In this document: in pieces, positions 21,221 through 35,976 of the stretch
Layout of the letters: every line of letters starts with the position of its first letter
Numbering within the stretch: the first letter of the stretch is position 1
Source of the DNA: the human T2T-CHM13v2.0 reference genome, Homo sapiens
DNA length: 64,000 nucleotides
Reading direction: 5' to 3' (one strand)
NCBI RefSeq assembly: GCF_009914755.1
Contig: NC_060927.1
Program-made: the position numbers and the translations under genes
The notes under the pieces: model-generated
What the model was told of the DNA's origin: nothing
Database searches by the model: none
What the model saw: the letters and a program-made list of their open reading frames with translations, nothing else

Positions 21221-22279
21221 AAGTTAGTGGTTTCATTAGAAAAAGAAATGTTACACATTGTTTTGAATGAAAGCTCATTGGCATTAGAATATCTTTAAAG
21301 AGATGTCAAGCTCTGATTGGTGACTTACAGTGGTAGGTAAAACCAGTCGTAGAGTCCCAACATGTTTCAGCAGCTACCAGGTACACCCGATCTTGGAGTT
21401 ATAGTAGCCTATTTCAACAGCTGAAAAAATTAATTATTGGATCATTTACTATCTTCCCTGAATGCTTTTTCTCCCTGGCTCCTTGGCTCTTAGTTGGGTA
21501 TAACACAAATGACACAATTTGTAAAATTAACTATCATAATATCAGTATTAACTTTATTTACTTAAAACTTTCTATTTTCAAATGATTACTTAGATTAAAA
21601 ATATAAAATTAAAATCAATCTTAGTAGTTCTATTTTCTGTATACCATATTTTAATATAATTCTATAACTTGTGACTAATAACTTATTTAACATAAACTCA
21701 CTTGTAAATCTATAAATCTATATATGTTTGGCATTAGTATATTATTTTCCTATTATTGCATTAACTAATAATATGTAGTTTATGTATTTTTCTTTATATA
21801 AGAAAACATATTTAAGTTGAAATTAGTTGCTTCTAGTATAAAATTCATACTATTGTATCAAAATTATAGTCTTCAATAGAAAAAGCATACATTTTCATTG
21901 AATAAAAACAAAAAAGGCATATAAGATGAAGTGCATGAATCCTAAAAGACTTAAGTTGATAATGTCACTGGTTGCTAAACACAATTAATAAGAAAACTCT
22001 AATATGATATATTAAAATTTTACAATGCCAAGGATAAAGAGAAATTCCAATATGTATAGAAAAAGAAACAAGTCAACTCCAAAGAATGCCTATAAGACTG
22101 AATTCTGACATTTGGGAGACATTAACATCCCTGGGTGCTGAAGGATAATAGAGCAATACTTTCAGCATTATAAATTTTTTTCACCTCAAATTTTTTTAGA
22201 AGACAAATTATCAGTTTGACTTCGGAATTAAAATATTTTAACACATTCAAAAATAAGTTTTATTAGTTAGTTTATGGAT

Positions 22280-22630
22280 ATAACTCAACTAAAAAGTTAC
22301 CTGAAAACTAGCAGTTGTTCAACAAGTACATATGAAGCTTCTGGGTCTTCAGCTTAGCTAAGTAGACTCTGCTCCAGATTACCTGACTGAATTATTTGAG
22401 GCAGATTGGCTCTACATGTCTAATTCAGGAGCTCTGTTGGAGGGTCAGTAGTTGCCATGGGAATCTTCTTTAGATGGTAAAGATTGAAAGCTCCTCTGAT
22501 CTAAGTAGAGATACAGAACACTGTTTAGGGCCCATGCTCAAAAATTATACTTTCATTTTCAGTCACATGTTATCAGCCAAAACAAGTCAAATGGTCATGC
22601 CCAACATTAGTGGGATGGTGAAGTAGAAGT
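22280..22630 (-). mobile_element. Old MaLR LTR (MLT1J/K-like), degenerate
   Basis: ...GGCTCTACATGTCT...CAGCCAAAACAAGTCAAATGGTCATGCCCAACATTAGTGGGATGG. Confidence 0.5.
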
Positions 22631-23392
22631 TTTCTATGAGGTCTTTTAGCATTGGTATATTATTTTCCTATTATTGTATTAACTAAAAACATGTTTACTT
22701 GTTTCTTCTCCTGTAAGAAAAAAAATGCAACGATTTAAATAGAAATTAGTTTTACTTTTTTAGTACAAACCTCACGATATATTATTAAAACAAACAAAAC
22801 AGTGAAAGAAAAAATTAGATATGGACAAAATAATTTTCCACAAAGGTTTTACCTTCAGTGCCTTGTTTCTGCTTGAAGAAGTGGTGCAGCAAAACACGAC
22901 TGTGAACCAAAATTATAAATGTCCTCAGCAGATACAAGCCGGGAGAAAAGTGAAAGGAATGCCAACACTCCTTGTGTAGAACATAGACATTGAACCATCC
23001 ACATTGAGGTAAGAGGATAGAGAACTTCAGGAAAAGGAGAACTTGATCAAGTACATTTTTCTGAGATTTCAAGCAATGAAAAATATGATATGCAAACACC
23101 GCACAAAAAAAATTAAAATGGCAGAAAAACAAATGAAATGCTATATAAAAAGCCTTAGTTTTAAATATAAGGCAAAATTATATATACATTATATATACAT
23201 ATTATATATATAAAACATGTATACATATACATTATATACATATATATATAAAAGATGTGTGTGTATAATTTTAATTCAATTTGACTTGACATCATTAAGG
23301 CATACTCTTTAAATAAAGCAAATATTTTTATCTTCTACTATGGAGGCCAAATGTAATACTTCATTATTATTTGCATTTTTATTTGATAATAT

Positions 23393-23645
23393 TGTAGCAG
23401 AGGCAAAACTATAACTTCTGCCCTCTTAGGGTTTTTCACGTGAGCCTGAATATTAAATCGATATAAGACTGATCTACAGGATAAATGCATATGAATTTAT
23501 TTATTTAATACAAATTTTGTGACACAAAAGCCTTCATAAGGAAATGAAGACTTAAATACACAGAGTTGGACAGTATATACTGAATTGAATTAAGAGTAGT
23601 AAATTATGAAAAAGTGACAAGGCAGAGGACCTTGAGCTACAGTTT
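23393..23645 (-). mobile_element. ERV1 LTR fragment (MER31/MER67-related)
   Basis: Shares motifs with 5447-6089 (TTTATTTAATACAAATTTTGTGACACAAAAGCCTTCATAAGGAAATGAAGAC). Confidence 0.55.
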
Positions 23646-24893
23646 GGAATACTGCATTGAAGAAGGAAAGATACAGGAAATCTGAATAACACTTCTTTTC
23701 ATAATATGATTTTTTTAAAAGAAGAAGATATTATACTCAGATCACATTGACTGTGAAAAAGTAAAATAACTACTTATATTAAAACTAAAACTAAAATTGA
23801 TTTAAAACGTGGTATATGGAAATAATTTTATTATTGTGAGATAAATAATATTTTATTGGAAAAAATACTAATTTTATTATATACAAAAACTGAATTCATG
23901 TTAGTAAGCTTAAAATTGTAACTGAGTGGTTAAAACATTTTAAGCATTTTACATTTTGTGTAAAGTTTGTCCTCACAGAAGAAATATCTGTTACAAATAT
24001 GTCATTAAAAATTACAGAAGAAGAAATTATATAGCCACAATGTTTGTATATGAGCCTTACTTTGGACTCAAGGTATAGAGACCTTTCAAAAATCAAATTA
24101 CTAATCTACATATTATACACATTTGTCATATCTTATCCAAATTATTTTTCTTTTGAAAGCATTTTCTTCTATCATCCATTTAAGAGTGGAACATAGAATA
24201 ATAGCACCAAAAACAATAAAATCAACAGTAATTTATTCAGCTCTGGCTGTTTGGTGAGATGAAATATTTTCTGTAAACATTTAAGTAACACTGTAACAAT
24301 AAATATAACTTTCACATTATTTTTCTGCTTAATAATAGAGTCAGAGAGAAGTTGAAGACTTAGGCCAAAGCAACACAATGTTTTAAGTGACAAACAAGAT
24401 TCTAATCTATGTCTTTGTTTTTAATCATAGCAGTGCACTTCCCCTAATTAATTTTATCATTTGTTTAGTTATTTTGTTATTCATATTTATTTGTCTGTTT
24501 GTTCAGTACCCATAGAATTTCCTAAATGACAGGCAATATGCTAAGCAATGAAAGAATAGGAAATAAAAATAAGGCCTGTAGCTGTTGTTTGGTAATTTAG
24601 TCTATTGGGAGACATAAACACAAAAATAATTGCAACATGGACAAAAATAATTAACGCAGAACATTCACCACTTTTCCTTTCACCTCAACATGACTTCTCC
24701 CACAAACGTCCCCCCACCCTACACCCTTATGCTGCGTGCATGCACAAGGATGTATTTTCTTAAAAAACGTAATTTATCACTACATTGTCTCTCTCTTTTT
24801 TTTCTGCAAAAAAAAAGGCTAATTATTGACAGAAAAAAAAATAAGTAACTGGCAGAATAGACTATAGTTTCCAAGGAGCAGCAAGGCAAACAA

Positions 24894-24898
<5 letters not shown>

Positions 24899-24945
<47 letters not shown>

Positions 24946-24948
24946 GTG
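24899..24948. repeat. (TG)n microsatellite, about 25 units with one CG interruption
   Basis: Read directly. Confidence 0.97.
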
Positions 24949-25212
24949 TTTATGAGTATCTGTGTTTATGTTTTTCTGTTTAAAAGTATATATATGTGAG
25001 TGTGTGGTGTCTGAGATAGAAATATAAAAAATAGAAATTTAGTAAGAAACATAAATGAAAAATAGAGGGAAGATATTTAACAAATTATAGAGGCTGAATT
25101 TTATTGAGAACTTTGAACGAAGACTACAGAAGAATTTTTGAGGGAGCAGCTATGAGTAGGAAAGATTTTGGATGCTTAAATCATAAGTTACTCTCATCAA
25201 TTCATCAGTTTC

Positions 25213-25690
25213 TTTTTTTTTTTTAATTATACTTTAAGTTCTAGGGTACGTGTGCACAACGTGCAGGTTTGTTACATATGTATACATGTGCCATGTTGGT
25301 GTGCTGCACCCATTAAATCCTCATTTACATTAGGTATATCTCCTAACGCTATCCCTCCCCTCTACCCCCATCCCACGACAGGCCCTGGTGTGTGATGTTC
25401 CCCTTCCTGTGTCCAAGTGTTCTCATTGTTCAATTCCCACCTATGAGTGAGAACATGCGGTGTTTGGTTTTTTGTCCTTGAGATAGTTTGCTGAGAATGA
25501 TGGTTTCCAGCCTCATCCATGTCCCTACAAAGGACATGAAGTCATCCATTTTTATGGCTGCATAGTATTCCATGGTGTACATTTGCCACATTTTCTTAAT
25601 CCAATCTGTCATTGATGGACATTTGGGTTGGTTCCAAGTCTTTGCTATTGTGAATAGTGCCGCAATAAACATACATGTGCATGTGTCTTT
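25213..25690 (-). mobile_element. LINE-1, L1PA4-like short 3' fragment
   Basis: Poly-T, 3'UTR and the ORF2p C-terminus (ORF 25430-25672 ...TKHRMFSLIGGN). Confidence 0.93.
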
Positions 25691-26517
25691 TTCTAGATAA
25701 AATGATTACAGTTTTACATCTCAATTATATTTTTTCTCTTATGCTCATGTTTACATGACAGTGCATATTCATTGGGTCTCAAAAGACCTTAATTATACTG
25801 CAGTTATATTATTGTAATAAAATATTGTAATTCTGAAGTGAGAGCTATGAACAAATTAAAAAGATACAGTAGAGAAAATTGTTATTGGAAGAATACAAAA
25901 GTGTCTGGCACAAAACCTTTCCAAAGTTTCATATACTAGATTGTTCATCTCTTATATGAAATTGCAAAGCCCTTTTTCCTCTTAGAAAAATGTCTCTCTG
26001 TTTTAAAAGTCTCATTTCACTTTCTCTTTGTTTATATTAGTTTTGTTACTTTTTTTTCCATTTTAACCTTATTAATTTTATGACTTTTTGTTGTTTTTGT
26101 TTTCAAATTTTCCATTTGAGTTTTATCTTCAGTTGGTCAACTATCTTTCCCATGTGTTGTTTCTATTTTTATTGGGATTTCATTGAATGGACAAATTAAG
26201 TTAGTGTGAACTGATAATTTAAGATGCTGAATTTTAAATCCATGGCCACTATATTTATTTCTAATTAATTATTCAAATATCATTTATATCCTTTGAACTG
26301 TGATAATGCTTCTTTCCTACAAGTGAAACTTCCATATTATTTGATAAAGTTTATTTCTAATAACTTTTTTACATTTATTGATATTTGGAAATAAACTTAG
26401 AAAATATATTTCTGACAGGTTTTATAGGATATTTTTCAAGTGTCAAAAACTGGAAGCTAGAAAACTGCTAGGTGCTTATTAAAACCGTCCAGGAGAGAAA
26501 CAGAGACTGAATGAAAG

Positions 26518-26818
26518 AGATTATGAGGGGCACAGATAAAAAAGCTAACAAGTAGTCGCTTAGAAGAATGTTGCTAAAGAATTCAGTTTTGTGCATACTA
26601 CAGAAACTACACTCGAGGAGTGTTCAAAACTATTTTATGAAAGTTTTGGACACTTAACCCAAATAGATTATGAGGAGCACAGATATAAAAGTTAACTAGT
26701 AGTCACTTATAGAGAAGGTTGTTCAGTGGTGTGCAAAGAAGTCAGTGTTGTGCATACTATACAGACTACACTCAAGGAGTATTCAAAAACTATTCTTTGC
26801 CAGTTTTGGACACTTAAC
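26518..26818. repeat. Diverged two-copy tandem duplication, period 147 bp
   Basis: AGATTATGAGG...AGTTTTGGACACTTAAC at 26518-26658 and 26665-26818. Confidence 0.9.
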
Positions 26819-28173
26819 ATTGAGGGTAACTTTTCAGCACTTCCAGTGATTCTATGACCTATTCAAAATAATTTCATGTAAGTGCATTTTCAGGTATCTC
26901 ACCCACATTGTTTCAAGTGACCATGTTTTATCATTTAGATTTTCAGGTCTCTGATCTCCTTGTAGTTTGTTATATACACTCCACTATTCATACATTTGAA
27001 CTTTATTCATCATTCTTCATCTTTTAGAATAACTTTCCTTGCCTATTCATGTTACTATCTTTAATAGGAAATACCAAGGGAAGTTTTCTCAGATAGGCCT
27101 CCCTGTTTCCTGGGCTGAAATCAGTGTCTATATAAGTTTCCCAAAGCACCTTACGCAACTTCTGTCATGAATTAGTCACTGTATTATGTACTTTTATTAT
27201 GTATTAACTACGCTTCAGTTTTATTTTAGTCATCTCTAGAGTACTATTAATTGAATAAGAGAATTAATATTAAGACACACATAAAATTATAGCTTTTCTA
27301 TATTCTATAATGTAGAAATAAATTCAGTGATTTTACTTTTAAAATAATGTGTACTAGAATACAAAGGAATTTTGGCAACTTAATATATTTATACAATATA
27401 ATGTTAAATTTAAAATGTTAATTTTTTCATATATTTTATATCTTTTTGCTTTATAAAACAACATTTCAGAAAAAGTTATTGCTTGCTTTTGTCAATATCC
27501 TGTGACATTTTCATTCAAGTATAATAATATTAGAGTTTTATTAGATTTCCACATCAAATAATGATGTCTAAAATATTGAATTTATCAGAATTATCAAAGC
27601 TTTTGGAAGTACATAATTTTTGTATGTGTGAATATAGGATATTGCAATACAACCTTACCTCTAAGTTCATATTATATTGTCTTTGTTCTAGGCATCATAT
27701 ATTATAAAATCACCTTTTGACCCATTTTATTAACAGAGGGAAATTAGTTATAACCTTGCTTGTAGTACTTTGATACACATAAATATAAGTTCATATTTGA
27801 ATCTCCCAGACACAAACACCAATAATTATATTCTAATAAAGAAAGTTAAAAGATACAAAATGCTTCCTGAATAATTTTAAAAAGTTACATACATTTCCCT
27901 TCACTTAGTAGGAAATAAAAGCATGCCTATTTAAGCATATTTAGTATATTATAAAGTATTGTATCATAGAAAATTCGATTTTGAAAAATAAATGTGAACT
28001 TTCCTCATTATTGCAAAAAAGCTTATCAGTTCATTTACATTACTGTATAATCAATAAATAGTTGTCAGTTTTTCAATTTTTATTTTAAAAACACTTTATA
28101 TGATATATTATGTGTACATTTTGTCATATATTAAATATTAGAAATGGAAATTTAAAAATTTCCAAAGAATAAA

Positions 28174-28207
28174 TACACATATATATGTATTTATATATGT
28201 GTGTGTG

Positions 28208-28238
<31 letters not shown>

Positions 28239-28264
28239 TTGTGTGTGCATTTGTATATATATGC
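28174..28264. repeat. Mixed (TA)n/(TG)n simple repeat
   Basis: Read directly. Confidence 0.85.
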
Positions 28265-29164
28265 ATAACTACTCTAGAGTATGGATTAAAATACTTCTCT
28301 CCATGGAGCATACATGTTTTACATACTTGAGAGCATAACAGATGACCCTTAAAACAAACATAAAACAAATTAGGCCTAACTACTCTCTAAATTCACTATG
28401 CTTTATTTTTCCCTGACCTTGAATAGTATAAGCCTTCACATTGCTTTACTTAGTTTCCACCCCATCTTCTTCTTTCAATATTCTTTGAAACCAAGGTCAG
28501 ACCTGCTATGTCAGTTCCCTATAGAGTAAAAAATGGCTTATGAGAAAGTGCAGAAGCTATTTGGGGTTGAAGATTTAACTTAAAGGGAAACATCTAAAGG
28601 CAAAAAAAGTTGGAAAGGCCCAAAGGTTTCATGTGCCACCCTTAAAAGAAAAAAAAAAAAGGAAGGTCATTCAGATACTAAAACTATATATGAGATGATT
28701 TCAACATTGATGGAACTACTTTCTGATATTGAATAGGAAAACAATAAGTAATTGCAGTCTTAAGAGAGTTCTTGTTTATTGTGACATCAGAAAGATACTA
28801 TAAATTTTATAGTACATATCATTTTCACTTATAATATCCCTCATTGCTTTAGTTATTCATGTTGGCATATCAGTTTATTTTAACAGCTTTTATAGAACCT
28901 GTGATAAAAATTCAATTTATACACTCTTATGTTTGTTATATGTGAATAAACACAAGAATGGGAAGGAAACCACAGTACTCTTTGCTTCCAGTGGCCAAAT
29001 CTAAAATAAAACATGTTTGAAATACACACATATACATGCACTCATGCACACACACTTTTATTTGATAGAGTTTTATAGCTGCATAGTTTGTAGGTAAAAT
29101 TAATAATATGAGAAGAGTAGGAATTGAACATGGATGTCATATAGCAGAGAAATATATATAACTG

Positions 29165-29512
29165 AATATATGCTTCCTAGAGCTTCAGTTAAAAAGTATG
29201 ACAAAATGGGAAGCTTAAAACAACATAAATTTCTTTTCACAATTCTGGAGAATAGAAGTTTGAAGTCAAGGTGTCAGCAGGGCCATGCTTTCTTTGCATG
29301 CTCTAGAAAAGACTCCCTTCCTTGCCTCTCCCTAGCTTCTGGTCATAAAGGACCGTTCTCAACATCCCTTGGCTAGTAGCTGTTACCCTCCAATTTCTGC
29401 CTCTGTCTTCATGTATTACAGCTGTCTTTCCTCTGTGTGTGTCTCTGGGTAAATTTTCTCTCTTCTTATGAAAGCATCAGTCATTGGATTTAAAGCCCAG
29501 CCTAATCCAGTT
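29165..29512 (-). mobile_element. MaLR LTR (MLT1C-like), partial
   Basis: GCTTAAAACAACATAAATTT...TTCTGGAG..TAGAAGTTTGAAGTCAAGGTGTCAGCAGGGCCATGCT...CAGTCATTGGATTTAAAGCCCAGCCTAATCCAG. Confidence 0.75.
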
Positions 29513-30399
29513 AAGATGAGGTCATGTGCTTGTTTAGATGAGAGTACATTTATGTCCTTTAGGGAATGGTCACACAATAAAGAGTGAAACCCTACTTAGT
29601 ATCTTACTCTTCAGACTAGTGTTTCTTTCAGTGAATTAGACTTTGCCCAAAGGCACAGAAATATAATTTTTATATAATTACATTTTGTTTTCTTGCTCTT
29701 TATTCTTCCATCCTTCATTCCTTTCCTTCCCTCACTAAGCAATTGTCAACTAAAAAAAGTTATGGGAAAGTGATGATAAGTAAAACTGCTTTTGCCTCAA
29801 AGAAAGTACAGACACAAAAATTAAAGAGATGCTTACAAATGTTAAGATAGAATGTAAGACTTAAACTGAGCACCATGAGACTGCAGAAAGTGTACCCTAG
29901 ATGGTGAGATGGAAATATTCCTGCAGTGATAACAGCTGAGTTTAAAAGAAAATGGGTAAAGGAATCAGCATCTGGAAAGACATAAACTTGTGAAATCACA
30001 TTAAACATTCCAAAAACGATTTAGCCATTGTATAGGAGGTGAAAATATTTTGGGAGGTAAAAATTAGGCAGGTGCCGGATTTGGAAAGACCACATTAATA
30101 ATGCAAATGTACATTTTTCCTTTACTGTTATTAATCCAACACATTATTGCACCTAAATGAACTGAAAAAAATATAATAATAAATTGTAGGAAGGTATTTG
30201 CTAAAAAGTTGGATGTATTTTCACAAGTGTCAATTTTTGTCTAGCTGACCTAATATATTAGCTATGCAAGTCTAACCAAATCAGCTGTTTTTACATATTT
30301 TCATCATCACCTAAAAATTTCTTTATTTTTTATTTTTGACTATTCATATTCATTTTCAAAATCCCCAGCTTCTGTCTTTTTAATCAAATTTACATTTAT

Positions 30400-31826
<1,427 letters not shown>

Positions 31827-32764
31827 GACCTATACGATTTTATCATACAATTCTGTACATTTTTCTTCTGAACAAAAACATTTTTTAAAGAAAAAATTCA
31901 GCAACAGTTTAATTTACATGAAACTCATTACTTTTACAATGCTTTTTATCACCCAGAAGCAGCAGGTCTTACTACTGAAAACTTAGTGATGACATAAGTT
32001 GGGTGACAAAGCAGTGGCTCTATTTTACAATCTGGTGTATGATTTAAGGTATCAAACAATATATGATGCTGTTTCTCCCATAACCAAAATACACCAGATA
32101 ATGAAAGTGTATTTTTGTCTATTATTTCTAGAAATGTAAGGTTTGCCAGTTTAAAAGTGTTGATTAAAAAAACAAAAGAAGGAATATTATAGATGTTGAC
32201 AAAGAACAATTTTTATTAAATTGGAAATGGAGACTATCATAATTTGGATACATTGATGCTATTTAACCAGCAAGCAAAGAAAGATGTTTCTGTACAGGCC
32301 AAAGTAATTAACCATATTACTGCGGTGGCTAATTGAAATACTTGAAGTTTGAAAGAGACAAAGAAGAAAGGAAATAACCAGAAGCTAGGTCAGTTTCCTC
32401 TTAGTACTTAGAACTTCTATGTATAATAGTAACATTATAAACCAAAAATTATATAAATTGAAATCTAGAAAATTTAGTAATGAAAGTTTGGGTTATTTCC
32501 AAAAATAAAAAGTTATTATAATTTAGTCTTTTTATGTCTTTTTATCTTTTTAGACATTATCTTATAAAATACTACCTCTTTTTCAACCCCCTTCTGTACT
32601 CTGCTACTCAAAGTGAAAATATTTGTACATCCCTTTATATGTTATGTCTAATAATTTTTCTTCAAATTTTTGCCTTCCTAGACTACCTTTGAATTATTTA
32701 CTTTGTTCATTCATCCATATCCAATTTACTAATTATTTCCTTTTGCTACAAAAATTATTCTCTG

Positions 32765-34200
32765 AAGAGATGACTTCCAGAATGTCAATGTAAAGCAAGA
32801 AAAGTATCTTTGAAAGGGATGAGATGCCAAACTTTGTAGGCAAAGACTTTAAAGCATCTATTATATATATGTTCAAATAACTAAGGGAATTTATGCTTTT
32901 AAAAGTAAAAGAAGGTATAATGACAATGCCACTTGAAATAGAAAATATTAAGAAAAGAGATAGAAATTACAGGAAACACCAAATACATTCTAAAGGTGAA
33001 AAATACAAACAATTGAAATTTTAAAATTACTGAAAGGGCATCAAGGTAGATTTGAATTTGCAGAAGAAAGATATAAACTTCGAAGCCAGATCAAATGAGA
33101 TTATGTAATTTAGAAGAACAAAGAAAAAAGATGAAGAAAAATGAACAAAAAGACTTCAAAATATAAGATACCATTAATACCAGTGTATATGTTTAGTGGG
33201 AATGTATGGTGGGAATATCAGAAGGAGAAGAAATAGACAAAGGAGCAGAAATATTTTTTAAATATAAAAGCTTCTAAAATTAATTAAATGAAAAACGAAA
33301 GAAAACTACATGTCCAAGAAGCTCATCAATCTCCAAGTAGGATAAATACATACAAAGATATCCACACTCCAAAACATTATTTTTTTAAAGTCAATAGCCA
33401 AAAACAACAGGATAATCTTGAAAGTGGCAAGAGAAAATTGACTCATATAATGAAACTCCAAGATTAACAGCTCATGTCTCATTTTAAGTAACGGAATGTA
33501 GAAGGCAGAGGTAGTAGAGTTGTTGTAGAAAAAACAAAACAAACAAACAAAAATAGGTTCTTGTAGCACAACCAGGAAACATTAAGCAAGCAGACAATTT
33601 GAAGGGTGATGGGGAGTAGAATTTATTGTGTGAAAAGGAAACAAACAAACAAAAAAACCTCTCAGCAAAGTGAGACACGTTCCTGTTAACAGATCCCCAG
33701 CTCACAGATTGAATCTCAGGTCACCACATGGGAACGGGAGAAGCCAGGATCCTCCCCCTGCAAATGACATGAACTTCCTGTGGCTCCACCCTGTTCTCCC
33801 AGCGTGAAGGCCAGTGGGAGATTCTCCAGGGACGATCCCCCTTATCTTCCTCCTGCATCTATCAGAATGACACATTCAGTGTATCAAAAGAAAAAAGGAA
33901 AAGTTCTATGAAGCAGTGTCTTACATCCAGCAAAATTGTCTTTCAAAAATGAAGGCTAAAAAACTAACAATTACTTATTTATAGTTAGTTTTAAGTAATT
34001 GTTACTAGCTGTTTTATTCATTGTCAATAACAGTTAATTGTTGCTAATATTTCTTATTAATAACACAAATAGGAAGTTCTTCAGACTGAAAGCATGTGAT
34101 CTCAAACAATAAATTCACACAGTAAAACAAAAACAATCATAAAGTTAATTATATAATTATAAAATACATTATTTATGCACATATTCTTTCCATTCTTTTT
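32765..34200 (+). mobile_element. Old L1M ORF1-region fragment, split by an LTR
   Basis: A-rich coiled-coil/ORF1-type sequence (GCAGAAGAAAGA...CCAAGAAGCTCA..AA.CTCCAAGTAGGATAAA...ATCTTGAAAGTGGCAAGAGAAAA). It resumes after 33868 (CCAGCAAAATTGTCTTTCAAAAATGAAGG). Confidence 0.7.
33521..33864 (-). mobile_element. ERV1 solo LTR (MER83/MER84-like)
   Basis: TG...CA ends; the reverse strand starts TGATAGATGCAGGAGGAAGATAAGGGG. TSD GAGT/GAAT. The host L1 sequence is continuous across it. Confidence 0.75.
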
Positions 34201-34229
34201 GTAAGTTAAAAGTACTCTTTTAGGAATTA

Positions 34230-35970
34230 TTGCATTAAGGCCCAGGACTGCTCACTTGGGATATGTGGTCTAGGCTTAGATCATCTTGTCCTCTCCTTTT
34301 AGCTTTTTAAGCCTACCTTTTAATTGTTCGTTAAATGTTTCGACCACACTGTGGCTGGGGTGTGATATGAAACATGGAGAGCCCATGATATGTCCCATGA
34401 TTACGTCCACTGCCTGTGCCACAGATATGGAACCATTGTCAATCACAATCTGTTCAAGGAAGCCAAACAGGAAAACAAATGAGATATTTTAGGGCCTCAA
34501 TAATGTAGCTAGGGTTAGTGGAAAGTATAGGGACTAAGCCAAACCAGGAGAAAGTGTCAACTCCAGTCAAGATCCAGCAGAACCCTCTGGATTGGATAAG
34601 GGACCCAGAATAATCCATCTGCCAAGAACATCTTATGGGCCCAGAAGGCAACTGGTTACACATGTGCTTGCTCTCAGTGGGGAGCAATCCAGTCTCTGCA
34701 TTTAGCTGAAAAATATGATATTCTCATTTGTTATCTTCCCCTTTCTTAGCACAGGAGACATTCTGATGATCATCTACATGGATAACAAGAAGCTTATTAG
34801 AAGCACAACAGATTTTTATCCATATGTTTTGTTCCCATAAGAGAGCTTATTTTATATGCCAGTCCAAGGCTTGCTAATGGCCCAACCAAACACCTCAATG
34901 TTTAGTCACAGCTATGAGTCGGTAAAAATATTGTATGGCTCATTTACTGCGGTAACCTGGATGGTAATATCACATGAAGCTTGGCCTGTTGTGCTGTGCA
35001 TGCTTTATTATTCTTGGTAAGGGACAGGTTTCTGAGGCTGGTTGGTATTTGCATCCCATTCCATCCTGGTAAAAGTTAACTAAGAGGAGCCATAAGTGAC
35101 ATTCTCACTAGGTGCCTACAGTCAGGTTGGTTTGCAGTATTCCAAATCACCCAAAAAATGACCTCAACTTCAAAGATTCCTGTCAGAGACCGGGGGCAAA
35201 GAAAAGAAGAACTTCCCATAGACAATATGTATCAATGATATGTTTGGTAATAAGGGACATAACAATGGAGATTCGTAGGGTCCCAAATGGACCCACCCGT
35301 AGTCTACCCTGGACAAAGATACTGGTGATGGTAATCTCAGAACCAAAACTGAAGAACATTAATTTCTTCCTCTCATCTTGGTACTAGGAGTTATGGAAAT
35401 TATGGTCACCTATGTACTGGTATTCAAAAGGCACAGAAGTTCAATTTCCCTCCACCTCCCCATTACATTCCTGGGAAGGTCCTTGGCATAGGACACATAT
35501 CTCCCCGTGAAGACAGAAGAAACAAACCATAACCCCTAATCTTGCTTATTTTTGAAAATTTACATGTTCAGGTAATGGAAAGTTTGGTGGGGCTCTCCAA
35601 TTTCTTTCCAGATTTACTGGATGCGTGAAGGGGATAACCACTGTATCAACCATAGGAGCTGTCATTGGAAGCTGTGTCAGGGCCTGATATCTGTAAATGA
35701 GTTTTCTGTGGGGGAGGGGACAGGAGATGAATAAAGCAGCAGGCCGGGGTTAGCAGTTATCCCCCAGCCAGGACTCATGGTGTTTTATTTTCAGCTAATG
35801 TTTGGTAAAGAAATACTTAAAATGTGAAGATAAAAACCAAACATTACAATGAGTTAACTTTTTTAACCTTAAGAAAGGACAATAAGCTTGCAGCAATATT
35901 TTTTTTTTATTTCTTTCAGATCCATTTCTTTCGCTTTAACAAAGACCAGAGTATACTTTCCTTCACTGTG
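34230..35970 (-). mobile_element. Decayed ERV internal region (class III/ERVL-like): gag end, protease, RNase H, integrase
   Basis: ORF 34454-34687 carries the integrase core WQMDYSGSL...WILTGVDTFS. A degenerate protease site L-N-T-S-T-*-V-T-I (cf. LDTGAQVTI) sits near 35401-35430. RNase H-like AQQAKLHV and IFTDS*AV lie near 34905-35000. Confidence 0.7.
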
Positions 35971-35976
35971 TGTTTT

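Noticed and set aside
26518-26818. CRISPR-like repeat-spacer array
   Set aside because: There are only two long units, the sequence between conserved blocks is also homologous, the context is eukaryotic and there are no cas genes.
29690-30120. Possible L2 fragment, plus similar faint L1ME/HAL1/MIR traces at about 21950-22200, 41590-41890, 50100-51000, 57880-58210 and 63480-63590
   Set aside because: Too degenerate to set boundaries or family by eye, so left unannotated.
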